Positions 37,179 through 50,293 of a stretch of DNA of 64,000 nucleotides are shown here, one piece after another; positions within the stretch are counted from its first letter, which is position 1; the number at the start of each line of letters is the position of its first letter. The notes below the pieces were generated by a model. The model saw nothing but the letters and a program-made list of their open reading frames with translations. It was not told the DNA's origin and did no database searches. Origin of the DNA: Hydrolagus colliei (lineage: Eukaryota). The translations under genes and the position numbers were made by a program. The stretch lies in NCBI GenBank assembly GCA_035084275.1, contig CM068748.1:13082001-13146000 (forward strand), given 5' to 3'.

Positions 37179-38719
37179 CTTGATGATCTAATCAGAAAAC
37201 AGAGTGGCTATTCAGGAATGAAGAAAACAACTTCTGTCTTCAAGACCCTCAACAATTGTCTCTTCATGCTTTCCTACAATCATCAGCGCTTTTGTATCCA
37301 CATGTTTGGTGTTTCCAAATTACTACTTCCTGATTGATCAAGTCATCTCTTCTACTCCTTTCGGAGTTAAAAGTATTTGTTGCATTAAGGGTTTTTCAGC
37401 TTGCTTTCTCAATAAAAGTTAAGTCATATTCTTACTACTTTTTAGTGGTGATAATTTGATTTCTTCTGCTCCCTTGAGAACAGTTTAAGCTCCTTCGGCT
37501 TCTCTTTATAGCTCAATGAAAACCACAAATGGGAAGAAGAAAAACAAATGGGTTGCAAGTGTGAATACAAACATCATCATGCCCTAAGGCAAGGGACACT
37601 TTCTTCGGCCTTCAAAAGGAGTTCAACAGGTTTACAATTCTATTAAATGTCCAGGGTTCTCAGCCCTATCGTCTTTTGCTATAATGTAGTTCAGTAAGTA
37701 CCAGTTGGTACCAACTTTGACGCAAAGGAATATTTCCACTTGAAACAGGTTCATCGCTGACAGGAAAAGAGTTGAGGAAAATGATATCTCTATCTGAGCT
37801 GAACAGCCCTCACAGGTGAAAGAGGCCATTTTAAAGTTATAATTACTGTAATTTCCACAGAAATACTACTCAATGTGGAAAAGGAAAGGATATTGGATAG
37901 TTATAAAATTAGATTTGATGAAAAAAATTTGGGGGAAAGAAAACAACAGGAATCTGTGCAGTTTCATACTGATATAACACAACCTTCTGACTTACATATT
38001 TTCCAATTCAAGTAACATTATTTTTTTTTAAAAGAAGGTTAAACTAAGGTTGTCCAATCATATTTATCACACAAATGAGGGAGTCTGAATATTTTACAGG
38101 CTATGCAGTCACATATATTGTGTAGGTTTTCCGATCTATGATTCAGGTATCTTGCCTCACTAAATCTCAATGCATCATATTTGAGTCATTGAACTTCAAA
38201 GCATCATATTTAACCGTTGAAACTCAATGCACCATATCTAACTATTGAACTTCATTGTTCTCCACTTGTTTCATCTATTAAAGGTTTTCTCCATATACAG
38301 TACTGTGTTTTCAAACAGAATATAACTCAAGGATACATCTCCTTACAAGGGGAGAAGTACAGCAGGTTACCTAACCCAGTCATAATGATTTTATCATTTA
38401 ACTTCATCATACAACTGAAAACAAAGTCATCACCAAGTCCAACAATGCTGCAGGTTCAGGAAGAAAAATGAAAGGCAGCTCAAAGTTCTATGAATAATTA
38501 AAAAGGATGCACTTTTACATTATACTACAATGGTGGCAGGGAACATACAAATTAGAATTGTCAGCATCAACCACGAGCAATGTGATTAGTATTTCAAAAG
38601 AGAACAAGAAATCACAATGTATTTAAATCTGTGGAGCCCTTGCAGTGAGATATATCAGAGGACTTATGTTTTCAATCAAAATAATGAACTTTTACTCCAA
38701 ATAAGAGACTTGCCAACTT

Positions 38720-39030
38720 TGATATCAGCTTACAGTTCTGATTTTAATACTGAGTTGTGCTTCCAGACTCGACACTCGTTGTCTTTAATTCATCTGAAAT
38801 TGATCAGAGAAGTTCACTCTATCTGCTGCCTCCAGGGACTGAGTGTGAAATGAGTTAGCAGTTCCTAGCAGGCAAGTGTATTGTACAGGGCTGCATACAA
38901 ATTCTAGGAGCAAATTGCCAATCTCAAGAAAGCAATCTCACCATACAAGAGGCCAAAGGATGGCCCGTGCAAACCATGCTAATGCCTTAGGGGAGGCTAC
39001 TGAAAGACACATTGTTGAGCCGCAGAACCT
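38720..39030 (+). mobile_element. LF-SINE-like ancient SINE relic
   Basis: GAAGTTCACTCTATCTGCTG, GTGTGAAATGAGTT, CAGTTCCTAGCAGGCAAGTGT, AGAGGCCAAAG and GACACATTG occur in the order of the recalled LF-SINE consensus. Confidence 0.55.
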
Positions 39031-40255
39031 AATGTTGCATCAACCTCTGCTGCACCTGAGCTGGAAGTTTTGATTAACAATGGGCACCAACATTGGAATG
39101 GAGATTAATTTCCCAACACAGACATCAAATTAAATTTACCAAAAGAACAAATTCTAAAGTAGAAAATGTGATCAGTCATATACTTTCAATGCTCCGGTAT
39201 TGATCAATGCATGTGTATTTTGTGCAATGTTATATAGCAGTTTCAAAGTACGAAAGTGTCCTGGCCAACAACCCCTCAGATCAGTGGTCCAACAGGTCTA
39301 ATTTATCCCTCCCTCCATTTCATCTGGCTCACCCATTCCATAACCCAGAAATATCAGATTTTTGGATGGGAAACATAAAAATATTGCTTATGTGGCCCAA
39401 GGACATTTGTAAAATAGGGCATCCTGCCCTCAGCAGTCAAGAGTTGGACCATCCTGCCTCAAACAAATTGGTCAATCATTCCATGGCTGCTTGTAGAACA
39501 TCACTGAGCCCAAATTGGCTACCACACCTGCCCCCACACACACATTTTACAGCAATTACTAATGATGTGCTTTTGATGTCATAGATGCTCTATCAAATGC
39601 AGTTTATTTTATATTTACAGAACCAAGACAAGCTAAGGACAAAGGCACATTGAAAAGTTTAATTGAGAAATCCAAAAGTATTCCTTACATTGACAGAGGA
39701 GGAAAAAGCAAAAGAAACAAGCAAGCTAAACTTTCTGTGAGAGCTCATTCTTCCATTTGAAATTCTGGATGGCTGAGGACTCCCCCAAGACCTGGCTGAC
39801 ATATGTATTTCTCCTCTCAAGCCTTTCTATTTAGCCATTTGTTCCTCTTGGCCTCTTCCACACATTTGTACTCACTTAGACTTAGGTTGTTTGGCAAGAG
39901 TTACTCCTCCATATGTGGGCACAGAGGCAGGACAAAGAAATAATCTTGTATTGTGATTTTATATGCCTCTGGACATGGTCACAGGCAGCAATGTTGAAGT
40001 TTACTGCTTCCTTTCTTTGTATTAATAAACAACTCAAGACTGCAATGATTCACCACCATCAGCAGGTTTCAAATGGATAACCAGAATGACTGTCCTTGCA
40101 GGTAACATTGCACTATATGAACTTTACTCTTTACATTAAGTATAGTGGGAATCTCGCCAACAGAAGGAAACAGCATTAGAGAGACCAAGGTTCTGTTTAC
40201 AAACTCTCCTACAAATTGAACGCCCTATACTTCCCACCCAATGCACTTTCTAACA

Positions 40256-40507
40256 GTGATGATCCTTGCATTTGATACAGCACTTTTAACATCTTCTAGA
40301 CGTCTAAAAGTGCTTCATAGAATATACTGTAAAGTGAACAGACTGTATTTTATGGTGGGCGCCACCATCCCCCACCATGCTCAGGTCCTGACCCCTGACT
40401 ATTCAACACATTGGGATGTCTTCCCGACGTGAAAGGCACTCTACAAATAAAATTTTGTAGATGTTGTTGCAAGGCAAATGCTCTCACCACTGAGCTACAG
40501 GACTCCA
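40256..40507 (-). mobile_element. Family A SINE whose middle is replaced by an oppositely oriented L2 tail (about 40362-40468, +)
   Basis: SINE tail 40256-40361, L2 3'UTR GGTCCTGACCCCTGACT..CGTGAAAGGCACTCTACAAAT, then SINE head TTGCAAGGCAAATGCTCTCACCACTGAGCTACAGGACTCC. Confidence 0.85.
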
Positions 40508-43224
40508 AAAAACTTACAGGATTCCAAAGATTCTCCTTCTCTCAACTTGTTTTGCATCACATATCATGAGCCAGGATATTGTGGATACACAAAATTGCTC
40601 CGAGGCCCTTTGTTTTATCATTACCAACGACAACAAGATGTATTGAATGAATTAGTGGAGTCTCAGATTGTATCCCTTTTCACTTCGGCTAAACAAACAC
40701 AATCATTTTTGTTTCGTAAATGTCTTGGTTATTTCTGAAAGGAACCATTCTCCAGTCTGAACAGCATATGGTTAACATGACAGAAAGACAGATGTACGCA
40801 CACACACACACAAACTTTTTAATAAGACAGTAAGAATACAAAGTTGAAATAATATTGAACAAATGTCATCATGAATTCTGAAGCACAATAATAAAGAATA
40901 CAGAGCTTACTCATAATACTCTGAACCTTTGTATAAAAAAATTCAAACTACAGTACAGTATTACACTTTGATTGAACAGCTATTTAACATTTTATCCTAT
41001 TTTGTACAAATGAGGTCAAAGGTGCAGTCGAATTCCTATTAAACAGGCAGTAAAAAAAAATCCTCAGCCAAGTCAGACTGCAAATTATGACATACGTTCA
41101 AAGGGGGCACAAGTTCAAAAGATGAACAACCTTCCTTGACCTTCGATACATTTATAAAACTTCTGAAACGGAATAACCAGCAAATTTATTTCAATGCAAC
41201 TCGCTGTCTGTCTAAAATAAAGAGTTTTAGAAAATGGCATTTGTTTAAGATTTGCACATAGACGACGGCCAAAGTTATTTGAAAACTGAAAACCATACTG
41301 AAGGTTAGTAAAAAAAAATGGAGAGGATGATAGGAAAATATACCCAGTATCAATTTGCTCCACAGTATAAATATAAAACATTGTGGTATTGTATGAATAC
41401 AGCAGAGTAATAGCTGAATATGAGATGCATCACAATGAAAGGGAAAGTGAGCCAGCCAATTTGAAATATGGAGCATTACCAAGCTAGAGACACTGCACGA
41501 GGCACAGCACACAATCTCTGTTCTGCAGTGACATGTTTCATTTCTGGTCCATCCCAGAATGAAGATGAACAGTGTCCCTGCTCCTTCATCCGCCATAAAA
41601 CACAAATACATATAATTAAACAAATTTTTCCCTTCCCAATATACGCTGAGACAAAATACTGTGTAAACAATACAAAAGAGCAACTAGCTTTGAGATCAAT
41701 AGGCTGGAGAATAGAATTTCATCTGCAGTAGAAGTGTTACACACTCACCTTCTCCAACAAAGTCTTTGTTTTGGTTAGCTGGGTGTCTGACATGTGGAAA
41801 CCCACCACCATGGTTAAGAGTATCCAAACCAAACATGCATCCCCCCTATACATAGAAATTATAGAGATTAATTGGAATGGAACTTGCACTCTCTATCTGG
41901 ATGGATGCATCCTGCCTATCTAATTCTGGAGAGTATGAGGTGGAGGTAGTAGAAGTGCCAAAGCTAAGGTGCGTGTGTCAGGATAGTTCTGCAGTCCATC
42001 CACCTGAAACCGCATAGTTTACAATTGATAGCTCTGTCTGGCAAGTTTTCTTGCTGCTTGTCGAGCGAGGATCACCCTACCCATGAGGGCTTTGGCTTGC
42101 AGGGATACAACAAGCTCAGCCCAAAGTAGAAACTAAATTATTTTGGAAGAAGGCAACACTTGCTAACTAATAAATCTGTGTGATATAATCAGTTCTGGTT
42201 AATCCTTTCATCTTGAAATTTTGCAAAACTTCTGGCGCACTACAATTTCAATGTTCCCTTAAATTACTGTCAGTTCCAAGTCCAATTAGAAACCACACCC
42301 AACTAATCAGTGTAAATTGCGAGACCAATCTCAGGGGACAACCAGAATGCAGCAGCAGGAGCTATGGGATATGATCAATATTTCACCTGTGGTGCTGACT
42401 TTAATTCAAACATTTCATCACTTGCCATTTATTTATCAGGTCAGCCCACTCTTGGGACTCTGAATGATTTGTCTATAGGTCTTCATTGTGTATTTTTTCA
42501 TTTTGTGCTTGAAAACTGCTGACCAATACAATTTCAGAATATCACAGCAGGGTGAATTCAAGAAAGTTCAAGACCACAAGAGTGTTCATCCATCCCCAGG
42601 GAATTCTCTTGGTCCACAAAGACCATATTAAACAAGTAATTTAACTTGCCTTTTCTTTGTGTTAACGAGATTTTGCTTGGATTGCAGAAATGCAAAACCT
42701 AATAAAATTTAAAATTTAAAAGTTGGCAGCAGGATTTGGATTAGAGATATTGATAACTGTTGAGGCAATTTCATTTTATAACATTTAGGATTATGGAGTA
42801 ACTGAAGCAAAAATATTCACTCAATAAAATTGTTTTAAACTAAGTTATTCTGTTGATAAAAAATAAATCTAATTTTCTGTATTAGGATTTGGCGTTCAAG
42901 AATTTGTGTCGTAGAAAATTCACCCACGAGAAACACAATGTTTTTAAAGCTGATCAATGAATATTTTTAATAAAGAACTCTGGTTCTGCTTTTAATAACT
43001 TTGGATATAAAACCGTGCACAAGTTTAATATAGTGTTCTGTGGGGACCATCGCATGGTGAAAGGTTAATCCATCTCCGTAAAAAGAAGTCATTAAAAAAC
43101 TAATTTTCTAAATGAAAAACTGGGATCTCTGAACTTGGGCAAGTACTTCACATCTCCAAATGCTGCAGTTATCACCCTACCAATACCCATGCACACATCT
43201 CCTAACCCATTAATTGTTGAGAAA

Positions 43225-43325
43225 TCCCACCACCCTCTCCCCCAGCATGTGTCCCCCCCCCCATGTCCCCGTCCCCCGTCCGGCCAACCGTTCCTTCCAC
43301 CCCCCCCCCCCCCACCCCCCCTCCA
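43225..43325. repeat. C-rich low-complexity tract (G-runs on the minus strand)
   Basis: Multiple C runs including a long poly-C stretch. Confidence 0.8.
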
Positions 43326-43619
43326 GGGATGGAAGTTGTGGATTTTCTGGCTGTGGCACCAATAAGCATCCAAAATCATAACGCCCACAGATTACAATCT
43401 ACCATTTTAAGATTCAAACATATGTTGGGTTCATTTTACAAGGACTGCATTCAGTCTTTTGGCTCTGTACCACATTGGATTTTATTGGTAGTGATTAGTT
43501 CAAGCTCAGGACCAGTAGAATACCAGCCTCCAGGATAATAACCATTGTAGATTGCCTAACAGTTGGATCTTTTGCACTAACTGTGCAAATTGTTTTTCTA
43601 CTGGCATCAGGAACCTAAT

Positions 43620-43935
43620 AAATAATAATAGTTCTTGTGTATAGCACGTTTCATGTTTGAACAATGTCCCACAAATAGCCATGAAATGCATAACCAATTT
43701 TATTCTGGGGGATTTTTGGCAGGACACAAGGGGAGATTCCTTCCTCTTTTTGCATCATTGGAGCTTTACCATCCACCTGAACAGGCAGATGGGAACCTTG
43801 GTTTAACATTCTGTGTGAAGAAAGGCACCACCAGCAATGCACTGATGTTTCAGCTTAGACTTGTGAATTTGATGTGGGGCTGGAACCCACAACCTTTTGC
43901 CCCAAAGGTGAGAGTCCTACCTCTGACTAACGGCA
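43620..43935 (-). mobile_element. Long Deu-domain SINE (family B)
   Basis: CATCCACCTGAACAGGCAGATGGGAACCTTGGTTTAACATT..AAAGGCACC core and GGCTGGAACCCACAACCTT..GGTGAGAGT head. Confidence 0.82.
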
Positions 43936-43962
43936 TTGATGCATCACTTGCAAACGATTAAT

Positions 43963-44269
43963 GTGGAGTCCTGTAGCTCAGTGGTTAGAACACTCGCCTT
44001 ACAAGTGATAGACCTGGGTTTGAGTCCAGGCAGGGTAAACCTTGGGCAAGTTCACTGGCTCCACATGCTTGATAATAATCATTCAAGAAAACAAAATTTG
44101 TTAATTTCAATCCACGACTGTTGGTGGTACACTGCTGTGCCCAATTAGCTGCCAATTTCACCTAAAAATGTAGACAATTCACTTTACAGTGTATTCTGTG
44201 AAGCGCTTTGAGACATCGAGAAGACGTGAAGAGCGTTACACCAAATGAAAGCATTATTATTATTATTAT
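43963..44269 (+). mobile_element. Full-length family A SINE
   Basis: GTGGAGTCCTGTAGCTCAGTGGTTAGAACACTCGCCTTACAAG head, GGGTTTGAGTCC B box, (ATT)n tail. Confidence 0.93.
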
Positions 44270-44804
44270 GTTCATAATCAAAATGTTTACAGTAAATAAT
44301 CACATCCCCCTCTCTGCCTTACTCAGATCTCACATGCACAGGTACTGAATGCAATACAAATCAAAAGATAATTTTACTAATGTTCTGACAAGACTTTTCA
44401 TTCAATAAAACAGATATGATTTATTGTTCAGCAAAATTAACAACATGATTCATTAATCGTATTTGAATATCCCCTTATCACGTTGGCAAAAGTGCTTCAT
44501 AGAATTTTACGGTAAAGTGTAAAAGTGACTATATTTGTCGATAACATTTTTTTAAATCTTCCCATGTTCCCATTTTAGGCTCCCACTCCTGATGTCATCC
44601 ATAGTTATTGACCTTTAAAACTGAGGTTTGTGAAATTATAGCAATGATGTAGGAGGGACACCTTCAACGATAGAATATTTGCACTGAAGCACTGCATTCC
44701 ATCTGAGGCTGTGAATAAAAGCACACCCTCTGAAATGCTAGGACTACCATTGAGATGAATTTGGGTTTGCTGCTGCGGTTTGTAATCTCCACTGTTGAAT
44801 AAAT

Positions 44805-45005
44805 AATAATTGTACTTAGCTTTGGCACAGCACCTTACACGTCATAACTTCACATTGTGAAGTATAGTGACTGTATTTTGTTGGCAAACATGGCAGCTAA
44901 TTTGCACACAGTAATTTTCCACAAACAGCCATGAACTGAATGATCAGTTTTTATTTTTGGATATTGTTGGCCAAGACACTGAGAGAAACTCCCTTTTCTT
45001 TTGAA
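44805..45005 (-). mobile_element. Deu-domain SINE 3' fragment
   Basis: ACATGGCAGCTAATTTGCACACAG..CCACAAACAGCCATGAA..TTGTTGGCCAAGACACTGAGAGAAACTCCC. Confidence 0.75.
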
Positions 45006-45014
45006 ATACTATAT

Positions 45015-45150
45015 GTGAATGTGGCTGGGTTGAAGTCAGGACATGGATTCATTAAAAAAAACAAAGTTTGATGCTGAGGACAGTGGGGTGGATATTCTGG
45101 AAGGACGAGACAAGATGGACTGAAGGGTCTTGTTCATCCAAACCAATCTT
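45015..45150 (+). mobile_element. CR1 3' tail fragment
   Basis: TATTCTGGAAGGACGAGACAAGATGGACTGAAGGGTCTTGTTCATCCAAACCAATCTT; same family as 7960-8142. Confidence 0.65.
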
Positions 45151-46104
45151 GCAATGTTGGGTACATTTTTAGTTTGGAAACATATTCCCTCCATGTTGCA
45201 AACTGTGCAATTTCAATGACAGCCCGTTTGATTGTCATTCAAAGAAAGCTTAATCTTTGCAACCATTTGGATTGGGGCCTCTAACTCAAAACTGGAGCTT
45301 GATACACAACCTGAAATGCCAGTTTAAATATTAGATAAGAATTGTTAATAAAAGTATTTTTGTAAACATAGTGTTATGTTCATTCTGAAGTTTTTCCATA
45401 CGGGAGACATTTTGAATATTTTCCAAAAGCTGTTTGCTTTCTTTGGGTTATCTTTGTGCTTGCTTGTCTGTAAAATTTATGAAGGCGGCATTATAGCAGC
45501 GACATTTAAAAGCTTTAATGGCGCTTCATCCTAATAACTGGTTCCTTCTAAAAGCTAGAAAATACATTTAATGCTCAATGTAATGGGAGAATAATTAAAA
45601 AAATTTATGGGGGTTTCAAGTCTGAAAACTTTCAGTACACAAATGGAGCCTTTGTTGAGCTGAGACTAAAAATAACTTTGGCTGACAAGTCAAAGCCATT
45701 AACCCCAGCTATTTCTTCAAACTGCTTTAAATCAGATTTGAAAACATGAAAAGCAGTTCCTTACTCTTTCAATACCCAAGACTAAATTAACCATCCCTGG
45801 GGTTTTAGGTGTAGTCCAGAGGTATTTAGTGATTTTGGTTTTGATACAATTCAATTTGAAAATTATAGAGTCACCCTAGGGCATTTTCATGGATCTGCTT
45901 ACAGGTTACAGAATAACATCAGCGGACACTCAAAAACACACCACCCAATCACTGCAGCATGAGAGCACAGGGAGCAGAAAAAATGCATAAAATATTAACA
46001 AAAATATAAAACAACAATTTGTTACGATAATCATCATTTCACCATCTCTGTAGAATTTGTATTTGAAAATGTCACTAATAAAAGGAGAAAAAGGAAATAC
46101 AAGC

Positions 46105-46290
46105 TGAAAAAAAATCATTTGGTCACTTAATCCATGACTATTTGTGGGACAATGCTATGCGCAATTAGCTGCCATGTATCACCCACAAATATAGTCAATT
46201 CACTTAACAGTGTATTCTGTGAAGCACTTTGAAACTTCTAGAAGTCATGGAAAGCGCTATATCAAATGCAAGGATTATTATTATTATTAT
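46105..46290 (+). mobile_element. 5'-truncated family A SINE
   Basis: AATCCATGACTATTTGTGGGAC..GCGCTATATCAAATGCAAGGATTATTATTATTATT. Confidence 0.9.
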
Positions 46291-47825
46291 AATTTCCAAA
46301 ATATGACAAAATATGTGTCGTTATCTTCTGTCTAAGGGGCAATTACAATCAAGCGATGTGATGGTTTCAGAGTCGAGACCTCAAGAATGTGCAAAATGTT
46401 CCCACTTGAATTCCATTAGGAGCTTTCAAGTTTAAAGTCCTGAACTTGCAGCAATGAAATGAAATGTTGCCTGAAACCACATCCATTCACCTAAAATTCT
46501 GATTAACGAGCTGTATTATGCAGATGGAAATGTATAAATGAGTAATTTTACCTCAGGGTCAATGTTGTTTCATTCTCTTGGGGACAGTGATACATGTATT
46601 TGCATATTGTACCATTACAATCACAAATCTGATGCACAAAAGTTAGTCCTTTGCAACCAAAATATGTTAACATATCAACATGCAGTAAAACATGTTTTTT
46701 GCATTTTAAAAGATTCCCATTTGTTGACCCCTGTTTTCAATGAATTTCGTTGCATGATTTCTTTCCCTCCTTTAGGCCAGATGACAGCATAAAATTGAAT
46801 AAAAGTGCATTATCTTCATTTCAATCTCTTCCCATTTAATGTGTCAGATTGAGTATTTATTATAGTAATACTGACAGTCTGCTTCAGATCAACACAAGTG
46901 CACAGAATTATTTTTAATTTACAATCTGACGTTCTTAGATTATTGCCAAGGAACGTGCTTTGGGTTCAGAACTGTGATCATCTTTAGCAACGAGTTCACA
47001 ATATAATTCTAGCTTTGTAATGTTCAACACACCAGGAATCTTCAAAAATCTTCCAAACGCATTTTGCATACTTATGTTTGGCAAGAAAAACATTAAATGC
47101 ACCCAAGGAGAAATTCGAGGAATAACCCTGTGGTCCTTGTCATTTAAAAATGATGCTTTCCATACTTTAGGTGCCAATCCATAAGGTAAAGCGGTGGGAA
47201 TTCAAACTACCCACAGTTACATTATAAGGTTTCCCACAGTGCATTAGGATCTATTGCAGCTGTTTATCAGTTGAATGCAACACCAACCAGTTCAGTTCAT
47301 GTCCTTTCATTCTCAAGGCCAAAATGCCTAAACAGAAACGGAATAGAAAAAAAAGCCTAAATGTATGTTAGCCACGGGCTTCATTGTTAGTTCTTTTGAA
47401 AAGTAATGGGAGAAAAGAAAAGATTATTGCAAGCTAAAGGCAAGAAGAAGTCAACACTATTGTATAGGAAAGATCCAACCACAAATATCTCTCTTTGAAA
47501 TACCGGCTAATTCCAGATGAGTTACCAGTGCTGGAGCACCTTAATTTTAATCCTTTGCATCATTGCCAGCTTGCTCTGTATTTATCAAAAGTTCCTAATT
47601 GTGCAGTCAGTGTTGTAGTGAGGAAATGGTTCAAGGCCTGAGCAATTTTGTCTATTTATTTTATTTGACATTCCTCCTCATTTGTGAAAAGGTGAACTAA
47701 ATTGAAATACGATAGATTGAGAGATCCCCGCATTGTGATTACTACAGAATTCTTGGAACAGCCATTCATGATCTGGCTGGAACTGTAAACATGGTTGTCA
47801 TTGTCTTAGTGTAAAGGGTACAGGT

Positions 47826-48062
47826 TTCACTAGCTATCCTGTGCCTCTTACACTATATGGTACAGTGTTAAAAGGAGTTCGAGAGCAGAGAGACCTGCGG
47901 GTTCACATGCACAGGTCTTTGAAGGTGGCAGAACTGGTTGATAGAGCTACTAAAAAGCATATGGGATCCTAAGCTTTACACATAGAGACTTACAAGAGTA
48001 AGAAAGCAAGGACGTTCTGCTAAACCATTATAAATTATGGTTAGGCCTCAACTGGAGTATTG
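47826..48062 (+). mobile_element. CR1 ORF2 internal fragment
   Basis: YTLYGTVLKGVREQRDLRVHMHRSLKVAELVDRATKK then, after frameshifts, VRPQLEY; typical CR1 motifs. Confidence 0.85.
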
Positions 48063-48300
48063 GACCCTGCTGTGCACAACTGGCTGATGCATTTCACCGA
48101 CGAGATACAGTCAATTCAATTTAAAATATAACTTTGAAGCTCTATGAGGCATCTCAATGGCGTGAGAAGGCACTGTATGGTATGCAAGGATTTATAAGAA
48201 GTACTGTAGTATAATAATGCATTTAGAAGGATTAACATTAATGGATATGTGTTGACAAATTAAAATCACAATTGTTTGTTATGGCTCTGTGAAACACTTT

Positions 48301-48598
48301 ATAACAGTAATCTTTGCGTTTGATTTAGCGCTGTTCACGTCTTCTAGACGTCTCAAAGCACTTCACAAATTGAATTGATGTATATTTTGTGGGTAAAATG
48401 CGGCAGCCAATTGCGCCCAGCAATGTCCCACAAACAGTTTATTATAGTTATTTTTTTCCCAAGGAATTATTATCAGGCAAGTGGAGTAAGGAAACCTGCC
48501 CAAGGTTTCTCCCTGATCTGCCAGGAATCCAGGTCCCTTGCTTGGTCCCAGGTCTCACACTTAGCGAGTACTCTAACCACTGAGCTACGGGACTCCAC
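48301..48598 (-). mobile_element. Full-length family A SINE, tail-to-tail with a + strand SINE tail at about 48063-48195
   Basis: Head GTGGAGTCCCGTAGCTCAGTGGTTAGAGTACTCGC with a short internal duplication of CCAGGTC. Confidence 0.9.
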
Positions 48599-50109
48599 TT
48601 TGAGATGTCCTCCTGAATTGAAAGGCACGATATAAATTTTTCCCTTGTCTTCATTCAGGCATTCTGGGACCAACAATAGGGTCAGTCCATGCCACGACCA
48701 CTGATAAACCAGCAGTCTGCAAACAAAAATCCACAAGATCCCCAACCTCGGATAAGACGTGTAGAGTGACATTTCTTTCTCTGGTGGTATATCAGGTATC
48801 ATGGCACAAACCTGCATCATAGTTCACGATGACAAAATATGCATGAGACTTGAAACACTGCACCCTATTTTTGTACGATTATTTGAAAAACTCTTGTGGA
48901 AATGAGAAGTAATGTTTTGAGAAATGACATGATGAATTCAGTTTATAGCCTAACCTAATATGCATAAATGACTCCAGGATATTTTGACTCAAAGAAAATC
49001 TACTTTAGCTCTCTGGTGGAGAGTTCAGGAAAATTGCCGGCAGCAGTCTGATTGAGGTAGAACATCTTGGAAGAATCATCTTCACTGATGTGTGCATCAA
49101 TGGCAGAAACACAATACAGTCCACATGAACGCACGGTAATTTAAAGAAATAACTTGAGTCAGAAAATAATCAGCCCTCACTTGTTCCCCGCCTTGTGGGC
49201 AGTGTTAAAATTCTGGCACAGGATTCATAATGATCAGCAGAACACACCAAAGCACAAGGTAGTATTTTTGTGCACCATAATTGGAAACTTAACTCAGCTC
49301 CATTTTCAACACATTTCAGCACAGGCAGTGAAACTGGGCGATGATTAATATGGTTTTACATTGATGCCTGACTGTGTGAGTCAAATGAAGCAACAGAAGC
49401 ACTGTAATTACATCCCAGCAATGTGCTGATTGAAGCAGATTCCGACGTTTGCCACAATTTTCCTATGGTTATTTTTTTCTCCCTCGCATTTGGATTCAGA
49501 ATTAGAACAACAGAATACATTTAGCCAATAATCGGAAACAGGCATTAGTTTTATTAAATCACTTTTTGGTGCTATTTGTGTATGTTTCATTTGCAATGCA
49601 CAGAATGGCTGCCATATGCACATTCATTGTCATTGCACTTTATTGTAAAATCCTGTGAAGCACTTTGATACAGTATCTTGAACTGGAGGGCGTCTCAAAT
49701 ACAAGGATAAACACCCATTTGTGCCACCAATAATATATCTGTATCAACATTAACAGTGTTCAATTACTATTTTAATGGTTTATGGTTTAACATTTTGATA
49801 TTCTTTTCAGCACAAGATATTTCATTTCTATGTATTCACCTCTTATCTACTAGACTATATTCCCTCAGATTAATTTCATCCAACAAATGTCAACAAACCG
49901 ACGATTGTGATTCGGCCACAGATATATTTTTACCATTTGTAAATAGTCAAATTGAAGCATTTTAAACAAAAATCAATGTGTTGCGGGCTCAGAAAAAAGA
50001 GAATATCTTAAGGATATTTTGCACACAGACCTTTGTGTGTTGTAATTCACCCAGAATTATTATTTAATAATGTGAACCCATTACAACAGAGAACCAACTC
50101 CCCACCCTG

Positions 50110-50293
50110 ATTGGTTATGTTTCATCATGGATAAGGAAACATATTGGCTCTGATAAAAATAATCTTCCAACAGGCTTTGTGTAACAAAAGTGACAGTATA
50201 ACTCTTGATGGAAGATTATTTTTTCTGAAGCCAATTGGCATTTTGAGTAAATTATTCATATTGTTTTCTTATCCATGATGAACCATTACCGAT
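50110..50293. repeat. Two-tier imperfect palindrome
   Basis: Outer arms 50110-50141 / 50262-50293 pair at 28 of 32 positions; inner arms 50143-50169 / 50209-50235 pair at 22 of 27 ungapped. Confidence 0.88.

Noticed and set aside
41935-41960. let-7-like GAGGTAGTAGA; also partial miR-9 (about 4551), miR-26 (17091) and miR-125 (about 17693) matches
   Set aside because: Only the 5' half matches, and there is no precursor hairpin.
43092-43538. Poly-Pro and poly-Gly ORFs
   Set aside because: They arise from a C-rich low-complexity tract, with no supporting splice or homology evidence.
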